64,000 nucleotides of DNA from Candidatus Obscuribacterales bacterium (lineage in GTDB: Bacteria; Cyanobacteriota; Vampirovibrionia; Obscuribacterales; Obscuribacteraceae): positions 1,408,001-1,472,000 of the forward strand of contig CBDDIJ010000005.1 of assembly GCA_965228855.1 (NCBI GenBank). The letters are read 5' to 3'. Positions 31,301 through 40,957 of this stretch are shown here, one piece after another. A model generated the notes under the pieces. That model was given only the letters and a program-made list of their open reading frames with translations, was not told the DNA's origin and made no database searches. The position numbers were made by a program, and so were the translations under genes. Each line of letters begins with the position of its first letter. Position 1 is the stretch's first letter.

Positions 31301-33409
31301 GGAGGAGACGGTAGCGATGGCTCCAACGGTGGAAACGCGGGCGGCTCAAATACGGTCACCGGCGGCACTGGCGGTACTGGTGGCTCTGCAGGGCGAGGAG
31401 GAGACGGAGGCTCAGTATTCGTTTCCACCGGAAAGAAATCGAGTGGATCGATAATCGCGGTCGACTCTCTTTCTGCTAGCGGCGGTCTGACGAGATCGGG
31501 CGGAAACGGTGGCGCAGGGGGTGCAGGGGGCTCCGGCGGTGAGGGCGGAACCGGAGGTACAGGCGGCAACGGCAGCTCCGGAGGTAATGGTGGCACTCTG
31601 ACAGTCCAGGCTAATACAGTGACGATGACAGCGACTTCCGGAGCGTTCGGCGGCGGACAATCAGGTCAGGTTGGCAACGGTGGCGCCGGCGGTGACCACT
31701 CCTCAGGCGGAAAAGGTGGAAGCGGGGGCGCTGGCGGCATTGGAGCTGTACAGGGAGCCGGAGGCGTAGTCAAAGTCTCAGGAGGCGATCTGTCAGTCTT
31801 CGAGTTATTCGCGAGCGGCGGAATTTCAGCCAGCATCCTTGGTGGCACTGGCGGTGCGGGCGGCGATGGTAGTATTGGAGGGAACGGTGGTAATGGCAGC
31901 TCGCCTGGCACCGCCGGTAGTGGCGGGCAAGTCATAATGTCCGGGAAAACTATAACGGCTTCAGGCAGACTGAGCGCTGCTGCTGGAGATAGCTCTAGAG
32001 GCGGTTTTGGCGGAGCCGGAGGTGACGGAACCACCGGAAGTGGAGGAAATGGAGGCAACGCCGGCACATATGCAAACGCCGGCGCAGGAGGACTGGTAAG
32101 TCTGACCACAAAAAACAAATCGGCACCAGCGAACATCTCTGTCGGTACGATTGACGTCTCAGCATCGACAGCGGCTGATCCCGGCTCGGTCGGAGGTAAT
32201 GCAGGCAATCAGACAACACCTTCGAGCGGCACGGGAGGAATTGGTGGAGCAGGAGGATCTGCCGGAACCTCTGCGAATGCTGGCAAGGTAACGGTCAAAA
32301 GCGGCGCGGCTGTTTCAATAAACAACCTGGAGGCCGACGGAAGTACTAATCAGGTCGGCCGGGGCGGTCGAGGCGGTAACTCGTCGACAACAGGCGGATT
32401 GGGCGGCAACGGCGGATCAGGCAGGATCAGCGGCAGTGGCGGAATCGTCTCGATCAAAGCATCGGGACTTGTTTCGGGTAGCGGCACCTGGAGAGCCGAC
32501 GGAGGAAGCACATCCTCGGCTAGCGGCGGAGACGGTGGAGACGGCAGTAATCAGGGTGGAAACGCCGGCACGACCAGCACAGCAGGAGATGCCGGCTCAG
32601 GAGGCAGCATAACGGTTTCAACCAAAGCCGGAATCAACCTTTCCACAATTAACGCAAGGGGTGGTTCCGCTGCGGCTGTAAATGTCTCGGGCGTCGGTGG
32701 CATTAGTGTAGCCGGCGCCGGCGGCGTCGGTGGAGGTTCGGCGGCCCTCGCCGGAGCCGGAGGTACTGGTGGCAAAGTAATCCTGAAAGCGAAGACGAAT
32801 GTGAACGTCAGTTCAGCAGCTCGGGTCGACGGCGGCAGCGGTCAGCGAATTTTCGGCGGAACAGGCGGCAATAGCACCAACGGCACCGGCGGTCAGGGCG
32901 GTGCAGGAGGCATCAGCGGTGCCGGCGGAGATGCTGGCTCACTTTCAGTCAAGACATCTGGTCTTGCCACCCTGGTCACCGCATCAGCAGTTGGTGGCGC
33001 CGGCGGCGACGGCGGTTTTGGAGGAGAAGGCGGTAATTCTACGAATGCGCTCGGGGGTGAAGGCGGTGTCGGAGGAGCCGGTGCCCTTGGAGGAGACGGT
33101 GGCAGCATAAGCATCAAAGCCTCTGACGTCACCTTCGTCACCAGTGCGTCAGCCGATGGCGGCAGCGGAGGCGATGGCGGATTCGGCGGGGACGGCGGCT
33201 TAGGTACAACAGTCGGAGCCGGAGGAGATGCGCAACCGGCTGGCAATGGCGGCGACGGCGGAACCATCAAGACTTCGGATCCAACGGGAATAAGCGGCAC
33301 TGCCAACGGTGGAGCTGGCGGTAGCGTCGGGCTTGGTGGCGCCGGACTACCGGCCGGAAACAATTCAACTGCAGGCTCTAACGGAGCAGACGGCACGGTT
33401 TCACCATAG
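28397..33409 (+). CDS. 1670-aa Gly-rich exoprotein (haemagglutinin-like N half, PGRS-like C half)
   Basis: Signal peptide, beta-helix-like N.G.I repeats, then many GGxGGxGG units separated by short beta strands. Confidence 0.8.
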   Translation: MVGRLNKALPLKTAAWCLFVGFGVNQAIEPAAAQPDGRADHRAAHALDLVRSRDARRSDRAERQAERLFMKNGGEVRVLNATRLDVATAKSFQVQMERLPRRMNLQFETAQNQLQTLNLNSTRQTVAAPTFDGTVDIQVSRGKSTETLTVDSSTRLTAAQAVAVHQVLYENGQTIEIGRRGDAVGGSFSLTNQLGQNLESLSIPKDVTVIRDFGTESNLSFTGDIVNRGSIHVVSSAPSVSSAEISALNIRNAKTGVIDSTGDVSLSLVAQRDLINNGVISSSRDLNLTAGDGIYNQSEIGNSSPQAALSAQGNLALNSNLIINQGQINATTGNIVIPGLRHNSENQTVALAVYASGGSFNALNGNIILGDSSVFQTNDSIELLGGDYHSQSLIVEAGEGKVNGTVGDVTGKLEVRAREAHIGVSSDNLILGESLITGDPTFFNDAGSVTITANLSFGEAIAILASGDVTDGGSGRNIAALNGTVGQPITIIAGANLTANDGALPNSNAQAGNQISAGSVTVNGASASGGSVLLSNSTLSSSSTSNGSAAGDVTILAFAGSNGGSGTVSVGTISASGLGNGNDGNIVVIAGANSGTAISLTTAFTSGGSTGGTPGAVTLTTAQPTAKLTFDQFGIGTGKFGASKSLAAGAISVDFIATLGGAINLSTAGAVTTGTAGSSIFSAGGDISIVAGSLSALRGINADGSDGVAAAVPGAAGGNGQNGGNITITTTGSVATAVTANLSSRGGTGGVGAAGSDGTVGTGAAGGAGGAGGRGGDAGNIVILFNDSATLNGQLFATGGTGGAGADAGNGATGSNGGNGGSGGTGGSGGNAGSISISSRSGGDILIGNQVNASGGTSRSGGMGGQGGNGSVNNGNGGAGGAAGIAGAGGTVSIATTESGNITLNAVIARGGLGDNGGLGGNASATNGNVLGGNGGDGGKGGDGGIGGSVSVTAVNGLITLSGFVLADGGDGSDGSNGGNAGGSNTVTGGTGGTGGSAGRGGDGGSVFVSTGKKSSGSIIAVDSLSASGGLTRSGGNGGAGGAGGSGGEGGTGGTGGNGSSGGNGGTLTVQANTVTMTATSGAFGGGQSGQVGNGGAGGDHSSGGKGGSGGAGGIGAVQGAGGVVKVSGGDLSVFELFASGGISASILGGTGGAGGDGSIGGNGGNGSSPGTAGSGGQVIMSGKTITASGRLSAAAGDSSRGGFGGAGGDGTTGSGGNGGNAGTYANAGAGGLVSLTTKNKSAPANISVGTIDVSASTAADPGSVGGNAGNQTTPSSGTGGIGGAGGSAGTSANAGKVTVKSGAAVSINNLEADGSTNQVGRGGRGGNSSTTGGLGGNGGSGRISGSGGIVSIKASGLVSGSGTWRADGGSTSSASGGDGGDGSNQGGNAGTTSTAGDAGSGGSITVSTKAGINLSTINARGGSAAAVNVSGVGGISVAGAGGVGGGSAALAGAGGTGGKVILKAKTNVNVSSAARVDGGSGQRIFGGTGGNSTNGTGGQGGAGGISGAGGDAGSLSVKTSGLATLVTASAVGGAGGDGGFGGEGGNSTNALGGEGGVGGAGALGGDGGSISIKASDVTFVTSASADGGSGGDGGFGGDGGLGTTVGAGGDAQPAGNGGDGGTIKTSDPTGISGTANGGAGGSVGLGGAGLPAGNNSTAGSNGADGTVSP

Positions 33410-33648
33410 GACGCCTCAAAACACTAATTCTGAGGGCATCCCCAGATTCGGAAAACTCTGTGCGATTACACATTTAAATCGCATGAGTTCTTGGTTACGA
33501 TGTTGGCACAAAGGGAACCCCAATCCCCCGCATCAACAGGAAATGGCAGAACGACGAGGCTTTCTCCCAGCAACCTTCCTCCTCATCGAACTGAACAAGC
33601 GTCCATGGATCCGCCGCAGACCATGGGCGCATTTTCCTTTGCTAAACC

Positions 33649-34194
33649 TCATGGAATCACATACGGCAAACCGCTCGAACCCACGCCTCCCGGAGGCATG
33701 CGGACGACGGGAATGAGATAGCCCGACATCTTCGGATTATTGTTGAGCCAGACGTAAGCTTCCGGTGCCTGTTGTTTTATACAGGTCGCACTATCACCCA
33801 GGGTCACGGAGAAAGGCATCATCCCAGCTTCCGTGCCGTGAAACAGCGGTAAGTTTTTACAGGTGATATCGACCTGAATAGACGGAGCACCTTCAACCGT
33901 TATCTCTTTGATGTCAATCTCCGCCTGAGCCGCGTTAAAACCCATTGCGCCGAGCAAACTTCGCCCCACTTCCTCACCCCGGGTCCGCTTATCTTCATTC
34001 ATCTTCAACTGCGCCGTATAAGTCGCTGTCTGCATCGCCACATATGCAATCTTCTGTTTGTAAAACATCGACATGCCCGAATTTATCAACAGACTAATTG
34101 ATGCTACCGTGATCGAAACAATTAGCCAGAGCGCAACAACGCCCTCAGCCAGAGCCGCGCCACGCTGGTTTCTGCCACGCATATTCTTTTGCAT
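33649..34194 (-). CDS. TadE/Flp-type pseudopilin-like protein
   Basis: Basic leader followed by G|AALAE (Glu at +5) and a hydrophobic helix. Confidence 0.6.
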   Translation of the reverse strand: MQKNMRGRNQRGAALAEGVVALWLIVSITVASISLLINSGMSMFYKQKIAYVAMQTATYTAQLKMNEDKRTRGEEVGRSLLGAMGFNAAQAEIDIKEITVEGAPSIQVDITCKNLPLFHGTEAGMMPFSVTLGDSATCIKQQAPEAYVWLNNNPKMSGYLIPVVRMPPGGVGSSGLPYVIP

Positions 34195-34291
34195 AAATAC
34201 CTGACCGAGACAAAGGAAGTAGAGGTTGCCCTTACTACATTTCCCAATTTGCCTCGGTCAATAAACGCCAGCCGGTGCGTTCGAAAGCAAC

Positions 34292-34771
34292 TTACGTTGA
34301 AACGCCGGTGCCTACTTTCTGAGATGGTGTCACATACGGTGACTCAACGACCGCTGACTTACAGAACAAAAACTTATCCGCAGAGATCGTTCCAGGTCCG
34401 GTGAAAAACAGCAGCACAGCAGAGCTCAAATAACTGGCCGCGGCCTCGAATGAGTTCGGCCCACCGATCCAGTGCCCTCCTTGAGGCACGTGAACCATAA
34501 AAATGGCGACGGACATCGTAATTGCAATTCCGAGACATGCTAGAGGCGTCAACAGCCCAGCTACCAGGGCTAGACCTCCCCCGAATTCAGACAATGCGGC
34601 ACAAAACTGAAAGAACGCTGGAACGCCACTCCCCATCTTGTCCATCCAGGTAAATGGGTGCAAAATCTTCTCGTATCCATGCATCATCAACGCGACGCCT
34701 GTTACGACGCGGAAGATCAGTAAACCGGTTCCAGCTCTGCCGCCGATAAATGGCGTATAAAGCTTCATCAT
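34292..34771 (-). CDS. DoxX family membrane protein
   Basis: LLIFRV.TG..LMMHG..K, EFGGGL..GLLT, GPG.ISAD; start set at ATG 34771. Confidence 0.9.
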   Translation of the reverse strand: MMKLYTPFIGGRAGTGLLIFRVVTGVALMMHGYEKILHPFTWMDKMGSGVPAFFQFCAALSEFGGGLALVAGLLTPLACLGIAITMSVAIFMVHVPQGGHWIGGPNSFEAAASYLSSAVLLFFTGPGTISADKFLFCKSAVVESPYVTPSQKVGTGVST

Positions 34772-34844
34772 AATAGGTCCCTCGCTACGATTTCTGGTAC
34801 CCATAGCGCAGAAACAGCGCAGCGATGCGCAAATAGTTAAAAGT

Positions 34845-35906
34845 CTAAATGCTTTGACCGTTGGCAATTGCCCACCGAATGCTTCTCCGCATTCCTTCTT
34901 CAAGCGAAATCTTCGGATCGTAGTGCAATTCTCGTTCCGCTTTCGCGACACTACAGGCGATGCTCTTGTTCATCTCGGAAAGAACATGAAACTTTTGATG
35001 ATACAATCCAACACTTTGAAGTGTCGCATCCACAGCTAAAGCGACTTCACTGGCAACGTCCGGCAATCGCATCCGTTTGTGAGCAACCGGCATCTTAAAC
35101 TCGGTTTCCAACAATCGTTCAATCGTGTCGACGATCTCGTTCATCGTGTATGGCTTGCGGTCGGCAATCCAATAGGTCTTGCCCCTGGCGGCCTCAGATG
35201 ACTCCGCCAACATAAGTCCCTGGCAGATGTTATCGATATATGCCATTGAGCGTAGGTTATTGCCATCACCAACGATCGGTACTTTGCCGCTTTTAATCAT
35301 CGAGAAGAAGAGTGCCTGACGGGGAGGTTGACCGGGCCCGTAAAACCATGGCGGTCGAATAATTACCGTTTCCAAACTGCCAGCGAGGGATTTAGAATTG
35401 ACCAGGTCTTCGGCGAGCCGCTTGCTACGCCCATAATGCATGTATGGATTATAGGGAGTGTCCTCGTCAAACAATTTGGTTCGCGTCGGATTACACCCGA
35501 TCGGCGAGTTCGAGGAAACGTAAATAAACCGCTTGGTGCGCGCGTTTTGAGCGCCCTCAAGTAAATTTGCGGTTCCATTCACGTTTACGTCGTAAAACTG
35601 CTTGCGACCTCTGGTGGGGTGCACGACGCCCGCCACATGAAAGACATTCGGCTCCCACGTACCTTCAAATAACCTTGCAACCGAAGCACTATCGGTGATA
35701 TCACAATCGAAAATTTGAACCTGGTCGCCGAATCGGCTCAAACTATTATCCAGACTGCCCGGCTCTCGTGCTACGCGTACTATTCTGGGCTCAACTTCGC
35801 TAAGTACCGGAACCTCGGGCAACCCCTGCAACAAACTCTCCACTAATCTCGAACCCAGCCAGCCAGGAGCACCGGTAACGATTGCAATCTTTGGAGCCAC
35901 TGCCAA
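34845..35906 (-). CDS. NAD-dependent epimerase/dehydratase (extended SDR)
   Basis: VTGAPGWLG, HVAG, YGRSK catalytic motif. Confidence 0.9.
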   Translation of the reverse strand: MAVAPKIAIVTGAPGWLGSRLVESLLQGLPEVPVLSEVEPRIVRVAREPGSLDNSLSRFGDQVQIFDCDITDSASVARLFEGTWEPNVFHVAGVVHPTRGRKQFYDVNVNGTANLLEGAQNARTKRFIYVSSNSPIGCNPTRTKLFDEDTPYNPYMHYGRSKRLAEDLVNSKSLAGSLETVIIRPPWFYGPGQPPRQALFFSMIKSGKVPIVGDGNNLRSMAYIDNICQGLMLAESSEAARGKTYWIADRKPYTMNEIVDTIERLLETEFKMPVAHKRMRLPDVASEVALAVDATLQSVGLYHQKFHVLSEMNKSIACSVAKAERELHYDPKISLEEGMRRSIRWAIANGQSI

Positions 35907-37385
35907 CTATCCTCGTTTATTCGCGATGAAGTTTAACACGTTGCGCCGCGCGATCGCCATGATGGTCCCCTGCGGATTGATACCTGGAGATTCCGGCAAC
36001 ATACTTGCGTCGTTCACGAACAAATTCTCAAAACCGAATACCTTCCCATACGAATCCACTGCGCACTTATCACGACGTTCTCCCATCGGGCAGGTTGAGA
36101 ACGCGTGAACGGCAGTCAGGCTGAGCGATGAGCGCGAGAGGTTTTCGTCCAACCATTTAACGGCGTCCAACTCACTGGTGATCGCCGGTAACGATTGTAT
36201 GCACGGATGTACGGACTTCGCGCCTGCACGCAGCAACAGTGATGCCAGCCGAGCCAGTCCCTGACTGAGGTTTCTGATATCCACATCAGAGAGCTCGAAT
36301 CGCAAGATTGCGTACTCGCTTCCAAAACGAGCAGGACGGACGCTACCATATCCGGTGCTTCTCACTGCAACGTTGTAGGTGGCCATCTTGCGGTAGTCGC
36401 GCATGAGGTGCTGACTTTCAGTCCAATTGTCGCTTAGATTCATCGCCAACTGACCTGTGGAGAAAAATGAACCACCAAGTTGAATGTCAGGCCAAAACTC
36501 TTTTACTTGCAATACCGGCATCACGGATTTTTGCGCATCAATCTCCTCGTCGAAGAGGGCTGAAACCTTGAGCATGGGATGGATTTGAAATGTATCACCG
36601 ACGTGAGATTTGATACCACTCCGCCGGAGAAGCGCGGGCGTTTGAGTCGCGCCAGCGCACAGGAATACGTGATCCGCATCAATCCTCACAAGGTCCGTGG
36701 AATTGTCCTCGCGTTTTATCTCAGCAAGCACACCGGTCACCCGATTCTTTGCCTTCAGCAGCAACTTGACCTTGCAGTTAGTAATGAATTTGCAGCCTGC
36801 AGCCTCGGCGAGTGGAACCAGGTTGCGCGTCATACCCTGTTTTGCTCCTTGCGGACAGCCGGACGCGCATTGATTAGTATTCACGCAATCGCCAGCGGCG
36901 CGCGGAATGGCACGGGCGGACCACCCCATCGACTCGACTCCCCGTTTGAACACCTCGCTGTTCTTTTGCAAACGGTCGCCGGTCTCAACCACTTTCAGCT
37001 GTTCCTCGCACCACTGGTAGTGCGGTGCAAGCTGCTCAACCGAGAAGTCATTGATTCCGAACTGGCTGACCCAACGCAACACGAATTCAGGCGGCATTCT
37101 GTGCCAGAAACCGCTATTGATCTCCGTACTCCCGCCCAGACAGCGCCCTTCGACAAAACCGATAGGAACCGACCCGAGAATCGGAGTCATTCCCCGATTT
37201 CGATACAAGGTCTGCATTGCATGCGTCACGCCCTTGCCATAAGCATCTAAACCGTGACGCGCCCCCTCTTCAAGAACGACAACTTCAAAACCAGCACGGG
37301 CGAGTTCCACGGCAGTTATCGCGCCGCCGGCGCCTGAACCGACAACTAAATATTGAACCCGCACGGACTTCGGCTGATTTGTCAT
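35907..37385 (-). CDS. GMC family oxidoreductase
   Basis: VVGSGAGG, LGGSTEIN, C..C..GCP, H..STCPMG, NPQGTIMA. Confidence 0.92.
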   Translation of the reverse strand: MTNQPKSVRVQYLVVGSGAGGAITAVELARAGFEVVVLEEGARHGLDAYGKGVTHAMQTLYRNRGMTPILGSVPIGFVEGRCLGGSTEINSGFWHRMPPEFVLRWVSQFGINDFSVEQLAPHYQWCEEQLKVVETGDRLQKNSEVFKRGVESMGWSARAIPRAAGDCVNTNQCASGCPQGAKQGMTRNLVPLAEAAGCKFITNCKVKLLLKAKNRVTGVLAEIKREDNSTDLVRIDADHVFLCAGATQTPALLRRSGIKSHVGDTFQIHPMLKVSALFDEEIDAQKSVMPVLQVKEFWPDIQLGGSFFSTGQLAMNLSDNWTESQHLMRDYRKMATYNVAVRSTGYGSVRPARFGSEYAILRFELSDVDIRNLSQGLARLASLLLRAGAKSVHPCIQSLPAITSELDAVKWLDENLSRSSLSLTAVHAFSTCPMGERRDKCAVDSYGKVFGFENLFVNDASMLPESPGINPQGTIMAIARRNVLNFIANKRG

Positions 37386-37431
37386 ACTGACACCGCCGGC
37401 GAAGAATCAAAGCATTGGAGCGAAGACCGAT

Positions 37432-39024
37432 TCAGACGGAAACCTCCGGACATGGCGCACCATCACTGTTCATCGAGAGCTTATCGAGCAGCGCTTGAAC
37501 AGCTGGATGGTCGTAGTAGTAAAACAAAGCAAGACTGCGGATCGGTTTCATAAATTTCCTGGTGAGAGAAACCTTCCCAAACGCCCAGGCATCAACGAGA
37601 TTGCGCCGCTGCGCCAGTGGAACGTGACATAAAAATCGTCCGGTACTTAAAACTATCAATGCCTTAAACACCGTCAAACCAATGTCGAAAACAACACGCA
37701 GACGAAACGGCAATCGCTCCAGCTCAGTTACGGTGAAGGTGCTAGCCTCACGCAAAACCGTGTTGAACTCATCCGAATCCGGCAGCCTATGCTCGTCCGG
37801 TATAAAGCACTCACATAACCCCGACCAGAACTTGGTGACTTTCTCTTCCACGCGAGCAGAAATCTCGGGATAAGAAGTTATGAAATTCATGGAGTCCGCA
37901 TGCTCGTCAGGCAAAGCGCGAATAGGCTTGGCTTCATATGCGAGGGCGGCTGTCGAACCGAGTTCCATCGTGTATTTTGCCATCGCATATACACCCCATA
38001 CAGTGACGGTGATGTAGTAAATCGAGTGGACTATGACTGCATAACTTACGGCGATATTCGGATCGACGGCAATCGGATCGGTTGTTCCGGGTGTCATACC
38101 GGGGACAGAGCAAACCTTGATCAGCGCCTCTCGACAGGCGAAATGATACGTGCCGACATGCCCAGGCGTAGACGGAATCAGAATGCCCAGGTTAGTAACC
38201 GACATCGTGATAACGGCCCGGATAAACCCAGGAGGCAATCCGAAACAAGGCATAACAAGCATAAAAAAAATAGATTCGACCAGCCAAATCAAAAAGCTGC
38301 TTGCCAAAATAAAGATGGCACTCTGAGCGTCGCGCAAACAACCAAAGCCGCGATTGATTTGCGTTACCAGCGCCACCACCTTAGTGTGCACCTTCCAGCT
38401 CAAGCGAGACGTGATCGCTGACGCCAGAGCAACGGCGGTCTGTGGTGTGAGAGTAATAATTGCCACACTCAACAAAGCAATAATGAAAAGCAAGGCAGCA
38501 AGCGCGGTCCAGTTTCTCATCTCGGGAGTGGCAGGGACTATCATTGAGGCGGTAACCAACAAAAGCAAGATTACAAGCCCGTCCAGCAGGCGTTCCAGAA
38601 AAGTGATAGTCAGCGACAGAAGGTAGGGCATGCCGGTCCGCTCAGACAGCATTCCGGCGCGAACGAACTCTCCAAGCCGTGCCGGCAATATGTTATTAAC
38701 GGCAAAACCCACAGCAACGATATTACTGGCGGTGCCAGTCGAAATCACTGCTTCGTTTTTAACCAGCAACTGCAATCGCAAACCACGAAGCAGCATCCCG
38801 ACTATGTAAGTCAAGACGGCAAGCGGCAACCACGGTAGCCAGATTGCGTTTTGAAAAGCCGTAATAATTTTATCGGTGGCTAGATTGCGCGAAATCACGT
38901 AGAGAAAAACACAACCGACGACAAACCCGACGATAACAATCGCGCCACGCGAGCGAAAAATCTTCGCCCAAGCAGAGAAGAATCCCTTAACTCCGCGCGT
39001 TATTAAGTTGCCGCCCTGCACCAA
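37432..39024 (-). CDS. Lysylphosphatidylglycerol-synthase TM/flippase-like protein with an extra C-terminal helical domain
   Basis: NNILPARLGEFVR, ERLLD and IPSTPG.VG.Y motifs; ~150-aa soluble C-terminal extension. Confidence 0.82.
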   Translation of the reverse strand: MVQGGNLITRGVKGFFSAWAKIFRSRGAIVIVGFVVGCVFLYVISRNLATDKIITAFQNAIWLPWLPLAVLTYIVGMLLRGLRLQLLVKNEAVISTGTASNIVAVGFAVNNILPARLGEFVRAGMLSERTGMPYLLSLTITFLERLLDGLVILLLLVTASMIVPATPEMRNWTALAALLFIIALLSVAIITLTPQTAVALASAITSRLSWKVHTKVVALVTQINRGFGCLRDAQSAIFILASSFLIWLVESIFFMLVMPCFGLPPGFIRAVITMSVTNLGILIPSTPGHVGTYHFACREALIKVCSVPGMTPGTTDPIAVDPNIAVSYAVIVHSIYYITVTVWGVYAMAKYTMELGSTAALAYEAKPIRALPDEHADSMNFITSYPEISARVEEKVTKFWSGLCECFIPDEHRLPDSDEFNTVLREASTFTVTELERLPFRLRVVFDIGLTVFKALIVLSTGRFLCHVPLAQRRNLVDAWAFGKVSLTRKFMKPIRSLALFYYYDHPAVQALLDKLSMNSDGAPCPEVSV

Positions 39025-39177
39025 ACTTCATCTCCCCGAAGTCTATAGAAGATACTCTTTTATGCCCTTATCGGTTCGCGATATGTATTGACGCGCGTTT
39101 CAGGACTTCACATCGTGTTTATCAGACACGGCGATCGGTTTCTCGAAACTGAAGCCCAGCTGTGAAAAAATAATAGA

Positions 39178-40914
39178 GTGAGAGCACTGTTCGAGGATTT
39201 GATTCTGTCTGAGCAAATCGACGAAAATACGCTGAGAACTCAGCTTCGCAGCATTCTGGATGTACCGGCGGGAGCCTCGCGGCGCCAGATGCGCAAAGCG
39301 CGCGACCGCGAAGTTCAACGCTGCCGCGACGACATGCTTTCCAACGATGCAAAGCTCAACGCCCTTGCGAAAAAACGGCTGGAAGAGCTCGACCGTGCCT
39401 TCGAATATTTGACAGAACCGAAAAAATTTCGCGATTTTCACGAGCTGGTCAATGACAAAATCACTCTTGGAACGCTCGAGCCGGGTAGCCTGGCAGCCAG
39501 CATCGCCAGAAGCGAAGGCTTCGAAAATAAAACCGCAAAAGACGTCGACGCTGAGAGCCTGACGGCAGAGAGTGCGACCTCCGATACTCCTCATATTACG
39601 CTCGCAGAAGAGCGAGAAGTTCTAAAAGAGCTGCGTCGAAAAAGGCTTGAAAAGGCTCCGAAGATTGGACAAAAGCGCATCAAAGCTCGCGAAAAACTGG
39701 TCGCGGAAACCAGTGCCGAAATCGAGCAGGTCGCAAATAGCGCAGCCAAAGCCAAAGCTAGCGAACTGGTCGCAAAAGGCTATACCGGTTCCGAGGAATT
39801 CTTTGAGAGCGTTTACACAGCCGCCCTGCAGGCGGCTCAGTCCACACGCGATCGCGCAGTAAAAACCAGTCAAGAAAAGGACTTGCCCCTCGACGAGAAA
39901 GTGCTGGACGACTGGGAATCGGCGATCCTGGATAGATCGGAGGAAGCGGCGGAGCGCGAATACAACAGTCTGGAAGGCGTGATGGCAACGCAGAAGCCAT
40001 CGCCTTACAAGGGACCGCAATTTGCATTTCGCCTGGCTGTAACCCTTGTCACAGTAGCTGCGGCTCTGGTTGTATTTTGCAACATAAACACCTTAGTTTG
40101 GACGAACAGCCCCGCCGCTCTCAATCAGCAAACCAACGGAAAAAATGCGGCGGACAGCGCCGCCGATCTTTTTCAACAATTGAAAAACTTACCAACTCGG
40201 CTGAGCGCAAACACAAGCATCGCCACAGCTGAAGGTCTGGTCTCCAACGCCGGTACGGCAGGCCCCGCCGGCGCAGCAATGTCGATGGGCATAGACGGTT
40301 CAGCCGATTACAATGCCGGATGCACTGCCATCACCAATGGTGACTTCACAAAATCTATCGCAAGTTTCAATAACGCTATTTCGAAAAACCGAAACATCTA
40401 TCAGTATTGCTATAACCGCGCTATCGGCTGGCTTTCGAGAGGAGATTATCAAGCAGCTCTGCAAGATTTCGATGCTGCCATCGGTTTGCGAACAGATCTA
40501 ATGCAAGCCCGATACAACAAGGGAGTCATCTACCTCATGGGAGGCGCGGACTACGCAGGTCGCGCAGCGCATGAGAAGAATGCGAAATTGAAAGCCGGTA
40601 TGCAAGATCAGGCAGTAGTCAATTTGCGCGCGGCGATTGCAGAGTTTTCCTCGGTAGCTATTAAAATACCGGCGCTTGCCCAACCTCTCTACAACCGAGC
40701 CATCGCGAAGTATCGGCTTGGAGACTTGGAAGGAGCTATCTCCGACTTTGAGGCTGCAATCAATCGCGATTCCAAGATGGCGGCAGCAAAGTACAATCTG
40801 GAAATAGCCAAGAGTGCTCTGGCTGCGCCGAATGCTAAACCGGTAATTCCATCGGGCACCACCCCTAGTGCGCCAATCGGACCACAAGGTCCTTCGGCTC
40901 CGGGATTCTTCTAA
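39178..40914 (+). CDS. Membrane-anchored TPR protein with a J-domain-like N-terminus
   Basis: J-like pattern ILDV..AS....RKA..AFEYL lacking HPD, coiled coil, one TM helix, TPRs (YNRAI, YNKGV). Confidence 0.7.
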   Translation: MRALFEDLILSEQIDENTLRTQLRSILDVPAGASRRQMRKARDREVQRCRDDMLSNDAKLNALAKKRLEELDRAFEYLTEPKKFRDFHELVNDKITLGTLEPGSLAASIARSEGFENKTAKDVDAESLTAESATSDTPHITLAEEREVLKELRRKRLEKAPKIGQKRIKAREKLVAETSAEIEQVANSAAKAKASELVAKGYTGSEEFFESVYTAALQAAQSTRDRAVKTSQEKDLPLDEKVLDDWESAILDRSEEAAEREYNSLEGVMATQKPSPYKGPQFAFRLAVTLVTVAAALVVFCNINTLVWTNSPAALNQQTNGKNAADSAADLFQQLKNLPTRLSANTSIATAEGLVSNAGTAGPAGAAMSMGIDGSADYNAGCTAITNGDFTKSIASFNNAISKNRNIYQYCYNRAIGWLSRGDYQAALQDFDAAIGLRTDLMQARYNKGVIYLMGGADYAGRAAHEKNAKLKAGMQDQAVVNLRAAIAEFSSVAIKIPALAQPLYNRAIAKYRLGDLEGAISDFEAAINRDSKMAAAKYNLEIAKSALAAPNAKPVIPSGTTPSAPIGPQGPSAPGFF

Positions 40915-40957
40915 GCGATAGGCTTGCGGCGATGAGGAGCGTTTCCGGTGCCCGCCG

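Noticed and set aside
29935..33396. Pro-rich minus-strand ORFs
   Set aside because: Antisense mirror of Gly codons in the exoprotein.
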